Assembly (NCBI GenBank): GCA_963555815.3
Contig: CAUVWX020000001.1
Location: 864,001 to 928,000, forward strand
Direction of reading: 5' to 3'
Length of the DNA: 64,000 nt
Source: a bacterium
Lineage (GTDB): Bacteria; UBA8248; JACPRG01; G963555815
The notes beneath the pieces are model-generated. The model was given only the letters and a program-made list of their open reading frames with translations, searched no databases and was not told where the DNA came from. Of this stretch, positions 57,437 through 64,000 are shown piece by piece (position 1 is the stretch's first letter; each line of letters starts with the position of its first letter). Made by a program: the position numbers and the translations under genes.

Positions 57437-58195
57437 TCACACCCCTCGGGTGAGGTAGACGCGGCGGACCTCCGCGTCTGCCTGGATCTCATCAGGGGTC
57501 CCCTCGGCAAGCATCTTCCCATGGTGAAGGACCGAGATCCTTTCGGCCAGGGTCATGATGACCTTCATGTCGTGCTCCACGATCATGATGGTCCGGGTTT
57601 CGGCGAGCCTCTGAATCTTGTCTGTCATGGCGTGGGTCGAGGCTGCATCCAGTCCCGCAGTCGGCTCATCCAGAAGCAACATCTCCGGGTCGGAGCCCAG
57701 GGCGATCCCGATGTCCACCAGCTTCTGCTCTCCATGGGAGAGCTCCGAGACCAGCACATTTGCCCGACCCCCGATCCCCAAAAGCTCCAGGGTCTCCTGG
57801 GCCTGTTCCCAGGTGTCCCGCAAGCTGTGGAGACTTCTGAAAGGGTGCGGCGGACCTTTTCGCCCCTGAATCGCCGACTGGACGTTATCGAGGGCCGTTA
57901 GATTTGGGAAGATGCTCGTGACCTGAAAGGTACGTCCGATCCCCTTCTTGACGATCCGATCAGGGGGAAAGGCGGTGATGTCTTCTCCGTTGAAGTAGAT
58001 CTTGCCTGCGGTGGGAGTCAGTCCTCCGCTCACTAGGTTAAAAAAGGTGGTTTTGCCAGCTCCGTTCGGCCCGATGATGGCCCGCAACTCACTCCGGCGG
58101 ACCTCGATATCAATCCCGTCCACCGCGGCCAGGCCTCCGAAGTGTTTTGCAAGACCCTCCACTCTCAGGAGGATGGCGTCCTCAGGGCTTTGCAA
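57437..58195 (-). CDS. livG: LivG-like ABC ATPase
   Basis: FGGLAAV, GPNGAGKTT, GRTFQ, LSHGEQ, LLDEP, VEHDM; start approximate. Confidence 0.88.
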   Translation of the reverse strand: MQSPEDAILLRVEGLAKHFGGLAAVDGIDIEVRRSELRAIIGPNGAGKTTFFNLVSGGLTPTAGKIYFNGEDITAFPPDRIVKKGIGRTFQVTSIFPNLTALDNVQSAIQGRKGPPHPFRSLHSLRDTWEQAQETLELLGIGGRANVLVSELSHGEQKLVDIGIALGSDPEMLLLDEPTAGLDAASTHAMTDKIQRLAETRTIMIVEHDMKVIMTLAERISVLHHGKMLAEGTPDEIQADAEVRRVYLTRGV

Positions 58196-59204
58196 CAGTG
58201 GAAGCCCTCCCCTCCTCCTTGTGACGTCTTTCCCGGAGATGGGTGAAAATTTCTTTTGCCGTTCCCACCAAGCCACGGGGGGCGAACATCACGACGACGA
58301 TAATAATGGCCCCTAGAAAGATGAGGTATGTAAAGGCCCACTGGCTGCTCAGCAGCTCTTTCAAGTAGAGCAAGATCCCGGCCCCCAGCATGGGGCCAAA
58401 GAGGGTCCCCGCCCCGCCGAAGAGGGTCCAGACAACGGCCTCTGCAGAAATGGTCCACTGGAAGAAGTCGGCGCTGGCGAAGCCCAAGAAGAGGGCGTAG
58501 AGGATGCCCGATACCCCGGCGAAAATCCCCGAGATGGAAAAGGAGATGAGCTTGTAGCGGTCTGCGTTATAGCCCACGAAGCGGGCCCGGGTTTCATTTT
58601 CCCGGATGAGCTCAAAGACCCGTCCCAGAGGAGAGCGGAGGATGCGCCGGCAGAGGAAAAAGGACAGGGCCACGAAGAAGAGGGTGAAATAGTACCTCGT
58701 CAACGGATGGACCAGATCCAGTGCTAGAGGGCCTAGAGTCAGGACTGGCCGGGTGAAAGTGAGGCCGTCGTCCCCTCCGGTCACGGACCTCCAGGCGAAG
58801 GCGATAAGGGTCATGACAGTTGCGAAGACCACCGTCACGATGATGAACCCGTGGCCCCGGATCTTGACGGAGAAGTACCCGACGATGACCGCGGAGATAG
58901 CCGAGACCAAGAGCCCAATCCCCATAGCGGGCCAGAGGCCCACTTGCCAGTGCAGGATCGGGAGGGTCACTCCGTAGATACCGACTCCAAAGAAGACCGA
59001 GTGACCCAGACTGAGGAGCCCTGTATACCCGTAGAGAAAATCGAAGGAGAGGGCCAGCAGCCCCCAAATGAGGATCTCCATCAGGAATTCAACCCCAAAC
59101 CCCCCCAGTCCAAAGGGCAAAACGGCGAGAACCGCGAGAACGAGGAGTAAGAAAAGGGCCGCGCGGACTGAGTTTGGGCTTCGAAGCGTGGATTGGGCCA
59201 TCAC
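58182..59204 (-). CDS. livM: LivM-like ABC permease
   Basis: GYTGLLSLGH, TGGDDG, SPLGR...IRENE, GGAGTLFGP. Confidence 0.88.
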   Translation of the reverse strand: MMAQSTLRSPNSVRAALFLLLVLAVLAVLPFGLGGFGVEFLMEILIWGLLALSFDFLYGYTGLLSLGHSVFFGVGIYGVTLPILHWQVGLWPAMGIGLLVSAISAVIVGYFSVKIRGHGFIIVTVVFATVMTLIAFAWRSVTGGDDGLTFTRPVLTLGPLALDLVHPLTRYYFTLFFVALSFFLCRRILRSPLGRVFELIRENETRARFVGYNADRYKLISFSISGIFAGVSGILYALFLGFASADFFQWTISAEAVVWTLFGGAGTLFGPMLGAGILLYLKELLSSQWAFTYLIFLGAIIIVVVMFAPRGLVGTAKEIFTHLRERRHKEEGRASTVAKP

Positions 59205-60076
59205 CGCGTCCTACTAAGGAGCCCGTTCGGCCGGAAGAATAGGAAGGCGGTCACAAAAAGGAGGGCGATGACCCGGGCCCATGTCGGGTTGACGATGAGG
59301 GCGCTCAGACTCTCCACCTCCCCGAAGATGAGGCCGGCGACCACCGCTCCTAAAAGGTCTCCCAACCCTCCCACGATGACGACAATGAAGGCCACGATGA
59401 GGATGTTCAGCCCCATCTGATAGCTGACGGAGACGATGGGCGCTGCCAACGCCCCGGACAGGCCTGCCAGGGCACCCCCCAAGCCGAAGGCGAAGGTGTT
59501 CACCCTGCGCACCGGGATCCCGTCCGCCAAAGCGAGGTCCTTGTTCTGACGGACGGCGCGCACCCGAAGTCCGTATTTCGTCTTTTGAAGAAAGGCCCAA
59601 AGCCCAATCGCGATGGAGATGGAGATGGCCATCACGAAGATGCGGTAATAAGGATACTGGTAAGTGAGCAGGGTAAATCCGCCCGTGATCGCCGCCTTGA
59701 CGCTGATGGCCTGGCCTCCGACCCAGCCGAGGACCAGATTCTCGAAGATCAGCATCAGCCCGAAGGTCGAAAGGATGGTCATGACGGGCTGATTTTCAAT
59801 GGGCCTGAGGATGGCCATCTCCGTGACGACCGCCAACGCACCCACAGCCAAGGGGGCCAAGATGAGGCCCAGCCAGAAATTCCCCGCATCCCCCGTTATC
59901 CCTTGGACGAAGAACCAGCCGAAAACCGCCCCTAGCATATAGAGGGCGCCGTGGGCCACGTTGATGATGAGGAGGATGCCGAAGATCAGGCTGAGGCCGA
60001 AGGCGATGAGGGCATAGAGCCAGCCGAAGACAAATCCGTCCAGGCTATGTAGAAGAATACGCGAGAGAATTTCCAT
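59201..60076 (-). CDS. livH: LivH-like ABC permease
   Basis: GLSLIFG..IINVAHG, TKYGLRVRA, AFIVVIVGGLG, RPNGL. Confidence 0.88.
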   Translation of the reverse strand: MEILSRILLHSLDGFVFGWLYALIAFGLSLIFGILLIINVAHGALYMLGAVFGWFFVQGITGDAGNFWLGLILAPLAVGALAVVTEMAILRPIENQPVMTILSTFGLMLIFENLVLGWVGGQAISVKAAITGGFTLLTYQYPYYRIFVMAISISIAIGLWAFLQKTKYGLRVRAVRQNKDLALADGIPVRRVNTFAFGLGGALAGLSGALAAPIVSVSYQMGLNILIVAFIVVIVGGLGDLLGAVVAGLIFGEVESLSALIVNPTWARVIALLFVTAFLFFRPNGLLSRTR

Positions 60077-60312
60077 TCCCCTGCTCCTCTTTTCAAAGCA
60101 TTTTTAGAATATTGGCAGAGGGACCCCCCCCGGGTCAACTTAGATTTCGGTGTGGACATTCTAACCTGTTGGTATTCGTGGGAGTTTCAAGCGTTTCCGG
60201 AAAAACGAGTGCCCACCCTGCGCCAGAGCGGGGCCCTCAGTTTAGGATCCTAGAGGATGACGAAAAGAATGCGATTGGCGGGGAGAAAGCCAGACAGGAC
60301 GAAGATCTCGGC

Positions 60313-63300
60313 TTAGGCCGTTCCCTGCAGTCTGGCCTGTTCCTTGAGGAAGGCCTGGAGGTATTGAGGGACGAGGGGGCGCTCCTTGAGGCGCTGGATC
60401 CCGCGCACCAGGGCCGAGGCACCTGCTATGGTCGTCGTGTAAGGAATTCCGAGGTCGACGGCGGCCCGGCGAACCCAGTACGCGTCTCTGACGGTGCTCC
60501 GCCCGAGGCTCGTGTTGATGACGATCTGGACATCGCCGTTGATCATCCGGTCCACAATGTTCGGTCCTCCCTCCCGGACCTTGAGGATCCGCTCCACCGG
60601 AAGGCCGACCGCCCTGATGGCTCCCGCGGTCCCCTTCGTCGCAAGGATGGAGAAACCCATCCGGTGGAGCTCCTCGGCGAGGGCGACCAGGGCTGGTTTG
60701 TCCTCATTCCTGACGCTTAGAAAGGCCCGTCCCGAATGCGGAAGCGCCATCCCGGCCCCGAGCTGCGCCTTGACGTAGGCCGTTGGGAAGTCCAGATCCA
60801 CGCCCATCACCTCTCCGGTGGACTTCATCTCCGGGCCGAGGAGGGTATCCACGTCACGGAAGCGGCGGAAGGGCATGACAGCCTCCTTGACAGCCACGTG
60901 CTTAACCTCCGGGTCCGCCGTCAAACCGCTCTCCGCAAGAGGGATGCCCATCATGGCCCGGGTCGCCAGTTGGGCCACCAGGAGTCCGACGGTCTTGCTC
61001 ACGAAGGGCACGGTCCTGGAGGCCCGGGCGTTGACCTCGAGCACGTACACTTGGCCGTCCTTTACGGCGAATTGCATGTTCATCAGGCCGACGATGCCCA
61101 GGGCCCGGCTGAGTGTCCGCACCAAGTCCTTAACGGTCTCGACGATGTCTGGGGACACGCTATGCGGTGGAAGGGCGGCTGCCGAATCTCCGGAATGGAC
61201 ACCGGCCTCCTCGATGAGCTCCATCACCCCGACGACAATCGTGGATTCCCCGTCAGAGATGGCGTCGGCCTCCAGCTCAATGGCCGCCTCCAGGAAACGG
61301 TCGATGAGGACGGCCCTTCCAGCTCCCGCGCGCCAGGCCTCTTGTAGGTACGCGAGGAGCTCATCTTCTTCATAGACAATCCGCATGGCCCGCCCGCCCA
61401 GGACGTAGGAGGGTCGCACGATGAGGGGATAGCCAATCGCCTTCGCCAGTGCGATGGCCTCCTCGACCGTCAGGGCCGCCCCGCTCTCGGGCTGCAGAAG
61501 TCCCATGGACTCCATCCAGACTTGGAAGCGGCCGCGGTCCTCCGTCAGGTCAATGACTTCGGGCGGGGTGCCCAGGATGGGGATTCCCGCCTCCGCCAAA
61601 GCCCCCGCCAGTTTTAACGCCGTCTGGCCTCCGAACTGAACGATGACGCCCTCGGGCCGTTCCGCCTCTATGATGGGAAGAACGTCCTCGATGGTGATGG
61701 GCTCGAAATAGAGATGATCGGAGACGTCGTAGTCGGTGCTCACGGTCGAGGGGTTGGAGTTGACCATGATGGAGCGCACGCCGAGTTTCTTCAGGGCAAG
61801 GGAGGCGTGAACGCAGCCGTGGTCGAACTCGAGGCCCTGGCCGATCCGGTTGGGCCCGCTCCCCAAGATGAGGATACTTCTATCATCCACGTCCCGGACC
61901 TCGGTTTCCTCCTCGTAGGAGGAGTAAAAGTAGGGCGTGATGGCCTCAAATTCGCCCGCGCAGGTGTCCACCCGCTTGAAGACCGGCCACACGTTCAGGC
62001 GTCGGCGCAGCTCTCGCACCTCCTTCTCATCCCGGTGTGAGAGACGACCGATGGTGGCGTCGGAGAGACCGCTGCGCTTGGCCTTTCTGAGAAGGTCCTC
62101 GTCGAGGGAGTCGGCAGAAAGAGAGATCTTCTTCTCCAGCATCACCATCTGGGCCACCTGGTCCACAAACCAGGGGTCGATTCTGGAGGCCTCGGCGCAC
62201 TCCTCTACGGAGAAGTCCTGCCGCAACGCCTCTGCCAGCCACCAGAGACGGTCAGGTGTTGCCTCAACCAGTTGGGATTCCAGGAAGCTCCGCCGTTCCT
62301 CCTCAGAAAGTCCGTCGGGGATATTTTCAGGCGGGAGGTCGAGGCCGTCCGTCCCGGTCTCCAGAGAGCGGACCGCCTTGCCCAACGCCTCCCGGAAAGT
62401 GCGGCCGATGGCCATCACCTCTCCAACGGATCGCATCTCCAGACCCAGGGTTTGTCTCGCGCCCGGAAACTTATCGAAGTTGAACCGCGGCATCTTGACA
62501 ACGACGTAGTCCAGGGCCGGCTCGAAGCAAGCGGGGGTCTCGCCGGTCACCTCGTTGCGGATCTCGTTCAACGTCCATCCCACGGCGAGGCGGGCTGCGA
62601 TCTTGGCGATGGGAAAACCCGTAGCTTTTGAGGCAAGGGCCGAACTGCGGGAGACGCGTGGGTTCATCTCGATGACCCTCAGATCCCCGTTCCGCGGATT
62701 GATGGCGAACTGGATGTTGGAACCTCCGGTTTCGACGCCGACCGCGCGGATGAGGGCGAGGGACCCGTCCCGGAGGCTCTGCAGTTCGCGGTCCGTCAGG
62801 GTCTGGGCGGGTGCGACGGTGATGCTGTCTCCCGTGTGGATGCCCATGGGGTCGAAATTCTCAATGGTGCAGATGATGGAGGCGTTGTCGGCGCTGTCGC
62901 GCATCACCTCCAGCTCGAACTCCTTCCAGCCCAGGAGGGACTCCTCGATGAGGATTTCGTGGCGCGGGCTCTCCCGGAGGCCGCGTTGGACCGCATCATG
63001 GAACTCCTCCCGGTTGTAGGCCACCCCGCCGCCTGTCCCTCCGAGCGTGAAGGAGGGCCGGATGATGAGCGGATAACCGAGGGTTTCCCCGACGGCGTGG
63101 GCCTCCGCCTCGCTCCGCGCATAGCCGCTGGCGGGGACCTGAAGCCCGATGGACTCTACACACTTTTTAAAGAGAGAGCGGTCCTCCGCCCGTTCGATGA
63201 CATCGCGCTTCGCGCCGACCATCTCAATCTTCAGGCGATCGAGGACCCCCTCGCGCGCCAGATCCGCGCCCAGGTTGAGACCGGTCTGCCCCCCCATCGT

Positions 63301-63564
63301 CGGCAGGAGCACGTCGGGCCGCTCGATCTCCAGGATACGGGTGACGGTTTCCAAGGTCAGCGGCTCCACATAGGTGCGTGTGGCCACGTCGGGGTCCGTC
63401 ATGATAGTGGCCGGGTTGCTGTTGACCAACGTGACCTCGTAGCCATCCGCTTTGAGGGCGCGGCAGGCCTGGCTGCCTGAGTAGTCGAACTCGCACCCCT
63501 GGCCGATAACGATGGGCCCCGAGCCGATGATGAAGATGTGATGGATGTCTGTCCTGGGTGGCAC
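60313..63564 (-). CDS. carB: Carbamoyl-phosphate synthase large subunit
   Basis: [58 protein letters not shown] domain. Confidence 0.97.
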   Translation of the reverse strand: MPPRTDIHHIFIIGSGPIVIGQGCEFDYSGSQACRALKADGYEVTLVNSNPATIMTDPDVATRTYVEPLTLETVTRILEIERPDVLLPTMGGQTGLNLGADLAREGVLDRLKIEMVGAKRDVIERAEDRSLFKKCVESIGLQVPASGYARSEAEAHAVGETLGYPLIIRPSFTLGGTGGGVAYNREEFHDAVQRGLRESPRHEILIEESLLGWKEFELEVMRDSADNASIICTIENFDPMGIHTGDSITVAPAQTLTDRELQSLRDGSLALIRAVGVETGGSNIQFAINPRNGDLRVIEMNPRVSRSSALASKATGFPIAKIAARLAVGWTLNEIRNEVTGETPACFEPALDYVVVKMPRFNFDKFPGARQTLGLEMRSVGEVMAIGRTFREALGKAVRSLETGTDGLDLPPENIPDGLSEEERRSFLESQLVEATPDRLWWLAEALRQDFSVEECAEASRIDPWFVDQVAQMVMLEKKISLSADSLDEDLLRKAKRSGLSDATIGRLSHRDEKEVRELRRRLNVWPVFKRVDTCAGEFEAITPYFYSSYEEETEVRDVDDRSILILGSGPNRIGQGLEFDHGCVHASLALKKLGVRSIMVNSNPSTVSTDYDVSDHLYFEPITIEDVLPIIEAERPEGVIVQFGGQTALKLAGALAEAGIPILGTPPEVIDLTEDRGRFQVWMESMGLLQPESGAALTVEEAIALAKAIGYPLIVRPSYVLGGRAMRIVYEEDELLAYLQEAWRAGAGRAVLIDRFLEAAIELEADAISDGESTIVVGVMELIEEAGVHSGDSAAALPPHSVSPDIVETVKDLVRTLSRALGIVGLMNMQFAVKDGQVYVLEVNARASRTVPFVSKTVGLLVAQLATRAMMGIPLAESGLTADPEVKHVAVKEAVMPFRRFRDVDTLLGPEMKSTGEVMGVDLDFPTAYVKAQLGAGMALPHSGRAFLSVRNEDKPALVALAEELHRMGFSILATKGTAGAIRAVGLPVERILKVREGGPNIVDRMINGDVQIVINTSLGRSTVRDAYWVRRAAVDLGIPYTTTIAGASALVRGIQRLKERPLVPQYLQAFLKEQARLQGTA

Positions 63565-63567
63565 GGT

Positions 63568-64000
63568 TTAGCCTATCCGATTTAGAAGCCAGTCTTTCAT
63601 TGCCGGGAAAAGGTCATAACCGTCGTGGGGTCCCGGGGAGGCCTCGGGGTGGTACTGCACGGTCCAGAGGGGAGGGTCATCACAGGCAAGCCCCTCCAAG
63701 GTTTCGTCGTTGAGGCTGCGGTGGCTCACCCGGACCCCTGGCGGGAGGCTCTTCTCATCCACAGCGAAGGAGTGGTTGTGGACGCCAATTCGAACTGATC
63801 CAGTGGTCAGGTCCTGCACGGGGTGGTTTCCCCCATGGTGGCCAAACTTCATCTTGTACGTCCGGGCCCCGATGGCCAGGGCGGCCAACTGATGCCCCAG
63901 GCAGATTCCAGTGATGGGCACACGGCCCAAGAGGGATTTTATGTTGGAGATGGGCGTCGAGAGCGCCGCCGGATCACCAGGCCCGTTGGAGAGGAAGACG
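63568..64000 (-). CDS. carA: Carbamoyl-phosphate synthase small subunit (3' part)
   Basis: FLSNGPGDP, GICLGHQ, FGHHGGNHPV, QYHPEASPGPHD. Confidence 0.96.
   Translation of the reverse strand, partial: VFLSNGPGDPAALSTPISNIKSLLGRVPITGICLGHQLAALAIGARTYKMKFGHHGGNHPVQDLTTGSVRIGVHNHSFAVDEKSLPPGVRVSHRSLNDETLEGLACDDPPLWTVQYHPEASPGPHDGYDLFPAMKDWLLNRIG

Noticed and set aside
60112..63480. Many long antisense and alternate-frame ORFs over carB and other genes
   Set aside because: These are shadow ORFs expected from GC-rich codon bias, with no recognisable motifs.

Overview
GC-rich chromosomal window from a diderm bacterium (TolC, lipoproteins, Tat substrates). It is mostly housekeeping genes: ribF, ruvX, a beta-oxidation trio, addBA, nrdJ, dtd, rtcA, nadA/nadC, a serB/aminotransferase/serA operon, liv-type ABC genes and carAB. 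I found no rRNA, tRNA, CRISPR array, integrase or transposase. The most interesting accessory elements are: (1) a Sec-exported caspase-family (C14) protease gene with SHOCT-like and TPR segments and two tandem copies of an unrecognised ~165-aa beta-rich domain, split by a +1 frameshift in a C8 run; (2) an operon with an MntR-type regulator and its operator, a Tat-exported two-domain multicopper oxidase with Thr at the T1 axial position, a ZIP transporter, a cytochrome c and an SCO protein; (3) a TPAT (TatT-TRAP) cluster with DUF3568/DUF3108 genes, followed by an AbiV-type HEPN gene whose SD lies in a hairpin, convergent on an rtcA with a hairpin-containing in-frame insert; (4) an eroded thermonuclease gene with an ACG start that the ORF track missed; (5) a tandem NrdR-box pair upstream of nrdJ; (6) AddA and AddB both carrying Fe-S-type Cys motifs. 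All family calls come from visual motif recognition; no database search was run.
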